The notes beneath the pieces were generated by a model, which ran no database searches, was not told the origin of the DNA, and saw only the letters and a program-made list of their open reading frames with translations. A stretch of DNA of 60,000 nucleotides from Camelus dromedarius (taxonomy: Eukaryota). Location: assembly GCF_036321535.1 (NCBI RefSeq), contig NC_087437.1, forward strand, positions 51,400,001-51,460,000. The letters are read 5' to 3'. The translations under genes were made by a program, and so were the position numbers. Of this stretch, positions 1 to 12,000 are shown one piece after another. Within the stretch, counting starts at the first letter, position 1, and every line of letters begins with the position of its first letter.

Positions 1-49
1 TCATCTTTTCAAGTTCCCCCTCAGATTTTGATTTCCCATGCTTTCAAGG

Positions 50-580
50 GACACTACCAGGGGATGTGCTTTACTAAAGCAAAGGAGTAAAGTATCCAGG
101 AAACCGATCCAACACAGAGGAGAGGTAAAGGGAATTCTGAGAATGATGTAGAGAAGTCCCAGGATGACATCTGTTCACAGGCTGAGATAGTCAGCAGCAC
201 AGACCAGAACAATGGAATGGAAGGCTCCAGGATAGAAAACGGTTGGATTATCTAGTACATTGGACTGAATGAGTAAAACATGTACTGAGAAAACTTAGAT
301 TATGTGGAAAGTCTTAATGATAAGTACACTATATAAAAAACAAAAGCAAATGAAAAAGCAAGGCAGTGATGAATGCTGGAGAAAAAGTTGTAAAGGAAGC
401 ATTTATTCATAATCAAAATATCAATACTAAGTACTGTATTATTTTAACCAAAAAGCGTGATTTTGTAAATTAAAGAGGTTAGGGGGAGATGGGAGAAAGA
501 TAAATCCATCAATCAAAATTGGAAATAAATAAACAATGTCCAGAATGCATAAATTAAGAAATAGGAGCTACAGGGTGGAA
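50..580 (+). mobile_element. Old L1-related relic (HAL1-like)
   Basis: A-rich; gatccaacacagaggagaggtaaagggaattc...cccaggatgaca resembles HAL1 as I recall it. Confidence 0.45.
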
Positions 581-939
581 GGAAACATCCGTGGGGCCAC
601 GAGCTGGGTGCATTTAGTAACTCTACCCCACGTCCCTTGTGAAAGTCTGAGACTAGGGCCAAAAGCGGCCCCAACAGGGCCCTCCCTGAGCTTATGTAAG
701 GTAAGTTCCCAGAGCAGGAACCTCTGGGGCTAGGGCAGAGGGGACAGGAGATGCCGTGTACCCGCCCTTGGGGAGGGTCCTAGCAGATGACCGCTTAACC
801 TGTGCTTGGAACAGACTCGTGGCCTACGAAGTGAGTTCAATGGCAGAGTTGAGGTACCCTACATGGGGGCATTATAACGCAATTCAGACTACTTTCCCCC
901 ACCCCCTCCTCAGGGAAAAAAAATAGTATGAGCTAAAAA

Positions 940-941
<2 letters not shown>

Positions 942-1017
<76 letters not shown>
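942..1017. repeat. (AC)38 microsatellite
   Basis: Perfect dinucleotide run. Confidence 0.99.
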
Positions 1018-1019
<2 letters not shown>

Positions 1020-1384
1020 GAGTGGGGATGAAAATGCGATAGAGGACTACTGTTAAACATCTTTCTTAATGCTATTTGACTAAGCACACATAACAGTTTG
1101 ATAAAAATTTAAAGGGATATGAGTGAAAATATACCAGGTGTGTGCAGAGGCTAGCAAATGGGTTGAATTGCCTAAGTCAAAACTTAAGCCAGGATGTAAT
1201 GATAAAAATGCTGTAAAGGTAGGTAGAGGTTAAATTATGGAGGGCTTTGAATATCATGCTATAGCTATTGGAAGGGCATTGGGAGATGTGGAGAGGGTTT
1301 TGATTGGAAGAGGTGTCTGAAAGAGGTCCTTAGTCTTCAAAAGCTAATTTGACAACAGTATACGAAACGGATTGGGAGGATCCC

Positions 1385-1838
1385 ACACTTGTTACTGTGG
1401 CCTGAAAGGACCTATGCAATCTGGTCTCAGTTTACTTTCCAAGCCTCATCTCCCACTATCCCTGTAGTCACAATGGCCTTCTTTTTGTTCCTCAAATTGG
1501 GCAAGTTTATTCTTGTCTTGAGCCTTTATGCTTGGCTGTGCCCTCTGCCTGGAATGCTCTTTCCCTAGACCAGACCTTCTTATAGCTGCTTCCTTGTTAG
1601 TTCTAGGTCTTAGTTCAAATGGAAGAGGCCTTTTTTGAATACTATTCCTCTTTCCTATCACATCACTCCATTTTCTTTTTCATAGCATTTGTCACTCTGA
1701 AGTTAGTTATTTACAAGCTCTGTGTTCCTCTTTCCAGATGCGTAAAGGTCCTGAGAGCAGCCTTACCTGTCTTGTTTTGCTGTATCTCTTGCAGTATACC
1801 TTGCACATAACAGGCACTCAATATTTATTAAACGAATT
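1385..1838 (+). mobile_element. LINE-2 3' end; further L2 relics flank it on the opposite strand (about 1150-1380 and 1920-2050)
   Basis: ctctgcctggaatgctctt ... gcacataacaggcactcaatatttatt. Confidence 0.8.
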
Positions 1839-2289
1839 AAAAGCTAAGGGGTGAGGAGATTTGTCAGGAACCCATTATAACTAGTTCTGGTTTGAGACTT
1901 CACGTTCCAGTCACACATGTATCTTCATTCTTGTACTCATTCTGCATTCAATCCATTTATTGAACCACTACTTTGCACCTAAGTACTGAGGTTACGAGGA
2001 CTCAGATCTCGATCTTGTTCTGTCCTCAGGGAGTTCAGTTTGGTAGACTCGATGACAGCAGTTAATGCTCCTCAACAGACCCTAAAAAGCCATGTAGAGG
2101 TCACTTTCCAACCGTCACTTTCCAACAGCGCTGCGTGGTCAGAACAGTGTCCTTCCCCTTTTCTGGGAGCAAAGCGACCCCTGCATTACAACCCTCCCCA
2201 GCGGCAGAGAAGCAGCCATCCCCCTTGGGTCTAGAGCGAGAACCTTGAAGAATTCGGGAACGCAGCCATCCTGGAGAGATCTGCCCTTC

Positions 2290-3030
2290 CATCTCTAAGG
2301 GCCTAGGCGACCGCCGCCACGCTCCCCGAGGGCCTGGGGCCGGAGCGCAGGACCGGAGCACCGCCAGGCCGGTGGGCGGAGTGTCCACGGGGTCCAGGCG
2401 AGGGCCAGGCCATCTGCCGCTAGGCCAGCGCAGCTCAGCGGCGGCCGGGGGCGGGGCCGCGCCGGGGAGGGGCGGGGCCGCTCCGGGGTCGGGGGAGGGG
2501 AGGGGAGGGGAGGGGACCCGGCCGCAGCCTAGAGCCGGGAGGGCCGTGGCCACCGGAAGAGTCGCCGTCGCCAGTAGAGCCCGGAGAGTGGGGAGCGGAA
2601 GCGGTGGCCGCGACGGCGGCAGGCGGCGCTGGGACCCGGGAGCGGCCGAAGAACAAGGGAGCTGGCGCCGCGGCTGGCCGCGGAGCTGGGCTGAGCCGCT
2701 GGGCCGCGCCGAGCGCCGCCGCCGCCGCCGCCTGAGAGGCCCGGCCCGGCCGCCCGAGCAGGCAGCGCGCGGGCCGCCGGGCCCGAGGCCGGAGCCATGG
2801 GCGAGACGAAGATCATCTACCACCTGGACGGGCAGGAGACGCCGTACCTGGTGAAGCTGCCCCTGCCCGCGGAGCGCGTCACCTTGGCGGACTTTAAGGG
2901 CGTTCTGCAGCGACCCAGCTATAAGTTCTTCTTCAAGTCTATGGACGACGATTTCGGGTGAGGATGGCCCCGCCTCGCCTCCGGGGGACCCCGGCCCCTC
3001 CGACTTATAGGGGCCCACTCAGCCGGTTCG
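2290..3030. promoter_or_regulatory. CpG-island promoter and exon 1 of DVL3 with GC boxes and G-runs (G-quadruplex-capable, 2447-2516)
   Basis: Very high GC and CpG density; GGGGCGGGG twice and a (GGGGA)n run upstream of the ATG. Confidence 0.9.
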
Positions 3031-6000
3031 GACTCCCCTTACTATACTGGTTTCTAGCCCTACGTTGGATTCTAGGGGCGACTCAGCCATTTGGCCCCTG
3101 TTGGTTTTTTCCGAGGCTATAGTTCCAGCCCCTCTAGGGACTCTCCTTTGCCTTCTTGTGAGGGACCTTGGCACCCTAGTTTAGGGGATGGTCCAACTCC
3201 CTAAGAGCAGCCAGTTCCAGTCCCTTCAGCCCGCTCACGTCCTCAGAGACCAGCTGCCCACACAGACACCCCCCCCCCGCCTCCAGCCGACTCCCGAGCG
3301 CGGTCCCCAGCCCTCCTCCTGCCAACGGAGCCACCTTTCTAGCAGAGACTTGGGGTGTTTGGCACTCGGCCTTCACCTTCTCCATCTTTTCAGCTCCACA
3401 ACTCAGAGCCATATTTGGAGTATCGTGCATCTAAGGGCTATGCTGTGGGTCTTTGAACTGATCGGCGGTGGGGGTGCTCAGGCCTGCAGGTCTGATGTTT
3501 ATTTTGCTGTCTCCCCTCTCCCCTGCGGGGTGTTAAGGATGTTGTCAGGGAGCAGAGCACCGCACCTCTTAAGAAGGAGTCCCCACTAGCCCAGGTGCTG
3601 ATTTCATCACAGAATTGGGGCCTCTTTCCTCCAGATGGTGTCCAAGGGGGAGACCTTGGAAAGAGCCTCCGAGCCTGGATGGGAGGGCCAGGAAGGGTCT
3701 TTTAGTGTTCATCTTCCCCTCCCTGGCGGGGTCTTCTCCTCCACCCAGCTGCAGGGCTTTGGACAGGCGGAGTTTGGAAAAGTGACTTCCCCTTTAAGAG
3801 GGGATGGAATGTTGGAGCCGGAAGGTTCTGTAGCAGCTGGCCTGGGAGGGGGAGCCTAGCCAATCCCCTCACCACCCCCCAAATCCCAGGGGACTGGGGG
3901 AAGGGGGAGGCCCCCACACTAGCCTGCTCCACACTAACTGGGCACTGGGCCTGGAGGCCTGTGGGGAAGGCCTTCCCCAGGCCCTCCAGGCCTAAAGGCC
4001 GCCTCTCTAGCGGTAGCCTGAGGCCTACACTGCTCTTTGGAGCTGAGGCCCAGAGCTGAGTGAGGGGAGACATTCTACTCCCCAGTGTTCATCAGCCTGG
4101 CTTCTCACCAAGGACCGCGGCCCTCCCAGCTCTGGGAAGCTAGCACCTTCTCTCTCTTCTGCCTGGCATGTTTTGCTGTCAACTTTCCCCCTGGAACTCA
4201 GGGTTTGATGAGCCATGAGATCGTATGTGTGAAAGTGCTTTGTACAGTGGGAAGTGCTATGCTGCTTCTAACCTATTCTTGTTTCTGTTGTTGTTCCCGC
4301 CTTGGGGTGGGGTACTCCTGGTGTTGTAATGATTGTCTGGCTACAGTCTACAGATGGACACCCCTGATTGGAAGCTTCTGAAGAGGGATCTATCTGCAAG
4401 GGGTGGGAGCAAGGAGGGCAGATGCCTTGGCCTGGTAAGAGAAGAAAGGAGTTAGAAGAGACCAAGATACTGCCTCGGGGTATGGAATAGTGTGCTGGGG
4501 CCAGGTGCCTTGAGGGACTAGGCTAGACTTGTGTCTCCACCCCGACCCATCCCAGAGCCCATGGGACCTAGCCCCCACCTTCTAAGCCTAGACCTCTGTG
4601 GGCTGCCTCCCACTCTCCCCAGGCTGCTGTCAAACCAGGCCTAACTGCAGTCATAGAGGGCCCCTACTACATCTACTCACTGTTTACTTAGTACTGTTCT
4701 GTAAATCCACTGTCACTCCACGCACTCTTTCTTAGTTTGACCCAATCAATAATATGAAACCACAGGTCTGATTTTCTATTTATATTTCTTTCTAAAATAA
4801 TGTTAAAAATAAATATTTAACTTTTGAATTAAACATTCATTCAGATACACCTGAAGCCATCTTGCATTCATTAGTGGTACTTGAACCACCCTTTGCAAAA
4901 TATTAGAGTATGCCATTCTAGCAGGGTTGAGAAGAATGATAAAAATGAAGTGAAGGAGATTGATTATGTTTTTATCCTCAGAGAAATTAATGAGCAGAAG
5001 ACCTGGTAGGGCTATCTTGTCACAGAGGACTAATTGCTGAGGAATATATATATATATATTTCATTTATTTATCAAACTCTTTTTATGGTGCTTACTGTGT
5101 GCTGACACTGATCTAAATGATTTTCAAATCTTTTACTCATTCAATCCTCTTAATAACCCTATGGAATAGGTAGTAATATCCCCAGTTTCTGGATGAGGAA
5201 ACTAGAGCACAGAAAACTTAAGTAACTTACCCAGAGTCACACAACTAAGAAGTAGCAGATCTTGATTCAACATTAGGAAGCTGGCTCCAAAATCTAAGGC
5301 CTTAATCACATAATTGTAGGGATTACTATCATCATCATTTAACAGATACATCCTCTCAAAGAGAAATGTTGAGCCTTGGCAAACTGTAAAGGTGATAGGG
5401 CTGCCAGTAGCCCCATGAGAGGTGAGTCAGGCAGAGGCCAGCGACACTTGCTGACAGATGAGAAAGGGGGTCAGAGGAGAGAGGCTGCTGTCTCCTCAGG
5501 CTCTCCAAGCTCACCCTCTGGTGTATAAGGCCTGAGGACTCCTAACTCCCATCTGGTCTCCAGAAGTATTTGTCAAGCTCATGGTAGGCCCAAGCTTCTT
5601 ACAGTATTTGGGAAATGGCGGAAGAGTAAACATTTTCAACACTGAGGAGATGATGGATGGAAGATCAAGGTACCACTGTTAAAGAGGCCTTGAGCTGTGG
5701 CAGGAACAATATGGGAAGTCGGGCCACTAACCCGACTTCCCATGTTGCTTCCCCGCTCCATATCACCACTGGCCTGCCTCTGGGCCTTCTACCTGGAGCA
5801 GTTCTCTTCCCTTGTCTTCCCCAGGTCCAAATTCTCCTTTGCTCTGGGTTGGACTTTTAAAGTTATGACACTTATTCCTATTTATCTTCATACGTACTCA
5901 GCTCCTAGCCATGACCTGACACTAATACTCAGCAGATGTCAGTCCAGTGAACACATCTGCTGCTGTTACAGCTCTGAGCACTTCCCACTTGCAGTATACT

Positions 6001-9000
6001 CACATGAACCATGCACTGGACAGTAATCTCCAAGGACAAGGCAGACTCCAGGTCTGATGCTTCTTGAGGTCCATGCAGTGGCAAACACAAAACTTAAAGC
6101 CCACTTAGCTCTCGACAAAAGCTTTTTAATTGAATAAACAATGAGTAATAAGCAGATTTATTTCATCCCTGCACTTAGAAACTTACACCTAGTTAGAGTA
6201 CGGATCCTGCAAAAAAAAAAAATTGACAAAGTTAGTAACTAGCTTTTATTGTATGCCTGGACCATGCCAGCCATTTACAAATCCCACTTTACCAAGCTGA
6301 GACAAAGAGTTAAGAAACTTCTCTAAAATAGGAGGGCTAATAAGTGGCAGAATTGGAATTTAAACCCAGATTTGTCTGATTCCACTTGGGGTGTGTGTGT
6401 TTGTGTGTGTGTGTGTGTGTGTGAGTGTATAAGTGCTGTGGAACCCTGAGCCATTCAGCTCCATGGTGGGAGGAGGAGGCCTGTCTGAGGTCCCCCAAGG
6501 CTGCCGAAGATCAGCTGATCATTGTGAGTCAGCAGAGCCTTGGCGACCTGTCGGTGACCCCCAGAAATAGGGGAAACATCTGTAGCATCGAGCTGTGTGG
6601 TGGGGCCTGCCGGGGGATTGGGTGGTGGGGAGTCAGCGGCAGTTTCCCACCACAGGGAGACCCTCTCCAAAGCAGGTCACAGTCCCTGCCATGTGGCCCA
6701 CATACCCCCTTTTAATTTGAGCCTCAGTTCCCATGGGGGCTATAAGCTTGAGGTAGCCTGTGGTCAGACTGGCTGGTGGGTCTGAGTTATCTCTGTTTCC
6801 CTTCTTTCCAGCCTGTTCTGTCTCCAGGCTTTCTGCCATGGTGGGCCTGAATAGGATGATTTGAGCTGCTTTCGTGGGGTCGCTGGGGGGGCTGGAAACC
6901 AGAGGAGCCAGAGATGGATGAGAGGGAGGAGGACAGGCTTGGCCTTCGAATTTGGCTATGAGTCCAAGAATGCGAGCATCACAAGAAGGCAAGCACATTC
7001 CCAGCTCTGGGCAGGAGCAGCTCCAAGAACAAGGGAGGAACTGGCCTTCCCACCCTCCTTCCTTGCTGTCTTTCCTCTCTGCTCATAACTCCAGGCATGT
7101 GTCTTCCTCCTGCCCCTGATCACGGCTTTCCAGCTTTGTGCTCCTAGGGTGTTTGATGCAGTCTGAGGGGCCTCAAACTTTTCTATTCCCTCTCCTGGCC
7201 CCAAGCTATAGTTGTGGTCTGATATGTTGCCTCACTGCATGCCCTAGGCCAAACTCCATGCCTCAGACTACATCCTATCACCCCCATGCTCCACATTACT
7301 TCCTCCCGCACCCCCACCATCCACACAGACCCACATTGCCTCTGTCACTGTACAGAATAGAATGTGAAATACCGTGGAGAGAATATAGGGTTTGGAGTCA
7401 AACGAGCTTGGGGTTGAATTCCAGCTCTGACATCTAGCTCTGTGACCTTGGACAAGTGACAAAATGTTTTTCAGTTTCCTTATTCATAAAATCAGGATCA
7501 TATTTGCCTATACAATGAGGCTGATGTGACGATTATGCATTCTAACTCTAGGGAGATAAGATAGTATAAATAGGTAAGAATACAGGCTTTGGAGTCAGGG
7601 TGACCAGGATTCAAATTCTAGCCTTTTCACTTATTAACAATGTGACTATAGGGGAATTTCTGAACCTACTGAGCCTTCGTTTCCCCATCTGTATCTATTT
7701 CATTGCATTTCTGCGTGTATTAAATGAAATAATAGAAATAAAGTGCTTAACTTAACTTAGTTCGTGGCCATAATCTGTGCTCAATAAATGAGAGCAGTTG
7801 TTACTTAGTGTCATAATGGCAATGAAGGATGTTCAGTAAATGCCTTCTCCCCTTCTCTTTCCTAATTTCTTTAAATTTCTCATCCACACCTCCAAGAAGA
7901 ATGTCAGGATTCCCAACTGAAAAGGGGAGGATAGTAATAAGGGTATGGTTTTTCCTACTTTAGGGACAGAGGGAAAGATAAAATCCAGCCTAGGAGAGCC
8001 ACATTGGAGATGGATGCAGCTCTCTCAAGATTCTAGAGGGTAACTGCACTCATGGGGGACAGTGATTTGTCAGGTGTGATTTGCAATCACCTGATGACTG
8101 AGAGGCAGTTGACTGAGATGACTGATGCCCCAGGAAGGCAGTGGCTTGGGCAGGGCTAGTGTCTTCCTGGTGGTGACAAAGAGCCATCCCTGGGTCACCC
8201 CACCCCTGCTCCCATTTGAACAGGCTGGTGCTGGTGGTTTGGTTCCTAGTTTAGGGTGGAGGAACCCCTGAGAAGTTGGGGTTGTGAGGATGCCTCCATT
8301 TCCACCCCAGAAAGCTCACTCTGACATCCCCCTTTCCCTACAGAGTGGTGAAGGAGGAGATCTCGGATGACAACGCCAAGCTTCCCTGCTTCAATGGCCG
8401 GGTGGTGTCCTGGGTAAGGAGCCCCCCTCAGCCCTCCCTCCACCTGAGTTCCTGCAGTGGCCTGGATGGAGGAAAGGCATTGCTGAAACTGTGGTCTTTT
8501 GCTTCAGTATTTGAATCTTCCTTGAGTTTTCTAAATGAACTGTCTCTCACCCTAGAGTCTGTAGCCTTGGTGAAGAGAGGGGGAGGAGTTGTGGGAAATG
8601 GGGAAAGGGAAAGACAGAAACATTGGAGACAAAAAGTCTCCTATGTCCTTTGAAGCACTTTGTCGTAGGTTCCCTTCTATTACCTGTTGACTTCTACCAT
8701 GGACCTCTGACCCTTGTTCTCTGCCTCCATCCAACTTCCCCAGCCCATGCCTCATGGCCTCCCCATCAGCCCACCAGTGGGTCCGTTCTTCATCTTAGCT
8801 GACCTTGCACAGTCCTGTCTCTTCTCCCTCCATGTGCCCTGCTTCATTCTCCCCAAGTCTTCGTGTCCTGCTGGAAGCCTATCCCCTTTTCCCTGGGGCC
8901 CCTGCACTCTTCTACCCATGCATTTTGTCCCCATCAGCTGGTGTCGGCTGAGGGCTCGCACCCAGAGCCAGCTCCCTTCTGTGCTGACAACCCATCAGAA

Positions 9001-12000
9001 CTGCCACCACCCATGGAGCGCACGGGAGGCATTGGGGACTCCCGGCCCCCATCCTTCCAGTGAGTGTGACATGGGGGTGGGGAGGGCCCATGGGAGAGGG
9101 CTGCGTCAGCTCAGCTCAGGGCTGGGGGAGGGAGCCCCCAGCCTGCCCCCTCCCCCACGAAGACATCTCTTCCCTGCAGCCCTCATGCTGGTGGGGGCAG
9201 CCAGGAGAACCTGGACAATGACACAGAGACCGACTCCCTGGTGTCTGCCCAGCGGGAGCGGCCACGCCGGAGGGATGGCCCCGAGCACAGTGCGTCTTCC
9301 CTGAACAGACACCTTCCCCACCAATTACCTCCCCAGAGCTTCCACTCAGCTACACACCCCTTTGCCCTACTCCCTGAGCTCTGGATATGCCTGGCCCCAG
9401 TGCAGCCCCTGGCCCGTCCCTCTCCTCCCTTCCCTCCTGCATGGGGCACTGTGAACCCAGCTGCCTCCATCCCCTGCAGCAACCCGGCTAAATGGAACTG
9501 CAAAGGGGGAGCGGCGGCGAGAGCCAGGGGGTTATGATAGCTCATCCACCCTTATGAGCAGCGAGTTGGAGACCACCAGCTTCTTTGATTCGGATGAGGA
9601 TGACTCCACCAGCAGGTGGGGCTTTGGTTTCATGGGTACTGTGGGGCGTGACCCTGGAGGAGCTCTGAACCCTGAGGACGCTGGGCCCCTGGGTGGGATG
9701 TAGGCTTTGTGGTGAGGACCTGGGCCCTGTGGTGCCTCTTACGGGGCAGGGCTGGGCCAGCCTGGTGGGGAACGACTGTGGGCCCCACAGGTTCAGCAGC
9801 TCCACAGAGCAGAGCAGCGCCTCACGCCTGATGAGAAGACACAAGCGGCGGCGGCGGAAGCAGAAGGTTTCGAGGATTGAGCGGGTACGGGGCTGAGATG
9901 CTGGGGGGGGTGGGGAGACCAAGCCCTCCTGCCCAGGCAGGGCCAGGGTTTGTGCCTCCTTAGATCCCTCCCCTTGGGTCATGGTTTGGAACCTTAGAGG
10001 GGAGGTGGTGCTGAGGGCTCACCTCGATGAGGAGCTAGGTGGGAGCAGCAAGGTCCTGCCACCCTTGCCTGCTGCTCAGGGCCTCTGTTTCTTCCAGTCC
10101 TCGTCCTTCAGCAGCATCACGGACTCCACCATGTCACTCAACATCATCACAGTCACTCTCAACATGGGTGAGTCTGGTGAAACATCACTCTTGAGCACCT
10201 GCAACATGCCAGACACTGAGAGGCACAGGATATGTCCCCTGCCCTCAAGGAGCTGTCTTTCATAAGCATAAACTGGTATATAAACCAGTCATTTCAGTAT
10301 CTCATGATCAGGGCTATGAGAGAGAAGCACAGAGAACTGTGGAAGCAGAGAATGACATCCAGGAAGGCTTCCTAGATGAAGTGATTCCTCCTCCCACGCC
10401 CATTTTTCAGCCATTGCATTCTTGTTGTCTGATTTCTGCCCTAGGTGCTCTTCTTTAGGAGATAGCTGGATATAGTGAAAAGAGTCCCAACTTTGGAATT
10501 TAAATCTGAGTTTTAATCTTGGCTCTGCCACTTCATGACTTAGAAAAGTCACTTAAATTCTCTGAACCTCAGTTGCCTGCTCTGTAAACTGGGCATGAGT
10601 CCCTACCTCACAGCCAATAAGGATTAAATGAAGGCATATTTGAGCATGCCAAATACAGTGCCTGATTTGGGTTTAATAACTGTTAATTTTTGTCCCTTTC
10701 TACACTTTTCTAATGAGGGGCTTGGAATTTGGGTAGGAACCTTGCTCCCCTCTCAAGGTCTTATTACTACCTGTAGAAAAGTATAACTTCTTGGGCATCT
10801 CCATTGTGGGCCAAAGCAACGAGCGTGGTGACGGAGGCATCTACATTGGCTCTATCATGAAGGGTGGGGCCGTGGCTGCTGATGGACGCATCGAGCCAGG
10901 AGATATGCTCCTACAGGTACCATTGCCCACCGTGGGTGGTGGTGTGGACAGGGATGGGGTCCATGCCCTCTGTACCCTGATTCTTAGTAGGGGAAGACCT
11001 CCTGGCCCACCAAGCTCAGCTTCCCTACCCACCTCCCCTACACCACTGCTCATCTCATCTCTGGTCCTCTTTCCCAGGTAAATGAGATCAACTTTGAGAA
11101 CATGAGTAATGACGACGCGGTCCGGGTACTGCGGGAGATTGTGCACAAACCAGGGTATGGCTGGCATGGGGCACTGGGGAGGAGGGGGCAGGCATTCCTG
11201 GCTATTAGGCAAGGGGCTTGGTTTGGCCTCCACACATCCTGCCCTCACTAGAGACACCCTTGCTTTCAGGCCCATCACCTTGACTGTAGCCAAGTGCTGG
11301 GACCCAAGTCCACGTGGTTGCTTCACATTACCCAGGAGTAAGTGGATGGGGCACTTGCCCTAAAGCTGATGCTTGACATACATGAGCCCTGTCTCTCCTT
11401 CCTCTGTGTTACCCTGAACCCTCACACCTATCCTGTTGGGCCCAGCAGTGGGCAGGGTGGGCAGCCCCTGACTCCTCATCCTCCCTGCAGGTGAGCCCAT
11501 CCGGCCCATTGACCCCGCAGCCTGGGTCTCCCATACTGCAGCCATGACCGGCACCTTCCCTGCCTACGGCATGAGCCCTTCCCTGAGCACCATCACCTCC
11601 ACCAGCTCCTCCATCACCAGCTCCATCCCTGACACAGAGCGTGAGTGTCCAACCCTGTCCCCTGGGCCCAGAGACAGCGCCAGCTGGGAGGGAGTGATGA
11701 AGGCCCACGTGGAGACTCTTGGTTGAGCGTCAGAGGGGCTGGAGAGGGGACTCAGTTCATTCCAGCTACCTCACTCTGCAGCTTCCCTCAGTGGACACCA
11801 ACCCTCACTAAAAAGAGTTTGCTTATGAACGTGTACTGAGCACCCAGTGAGCCTGTTTCCCCTTGTAAAATGGGACTAATGATATGCACTTTACCAGGTT
11901 CCTGGGGGTTTAATGAGAGATGACAAGTAAAGCATCAATCACAGTGTGTGGCATAAAGTAAGCATTCAATAAACGACTGCCTTTTTATTATCATAGGACG

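Noticed and set aside
698..706. Perfect donor AAG|GTAAGT upstream of DVL3
   Set aside because: Isolated motif with no supported acceptor, promoter or ORF.
884..1087. ORF with (VC)n repeat
   Set aside because: Translation of the (AC)n microsatellite.
2101..3018. 305-aa minus-strand ORF and other long ORFs in the DVL3 CpG island
   Set aside because: Low-complexity Pro/Gly/Arg/Ala translations expected from stop-poor GC-rich DNA.
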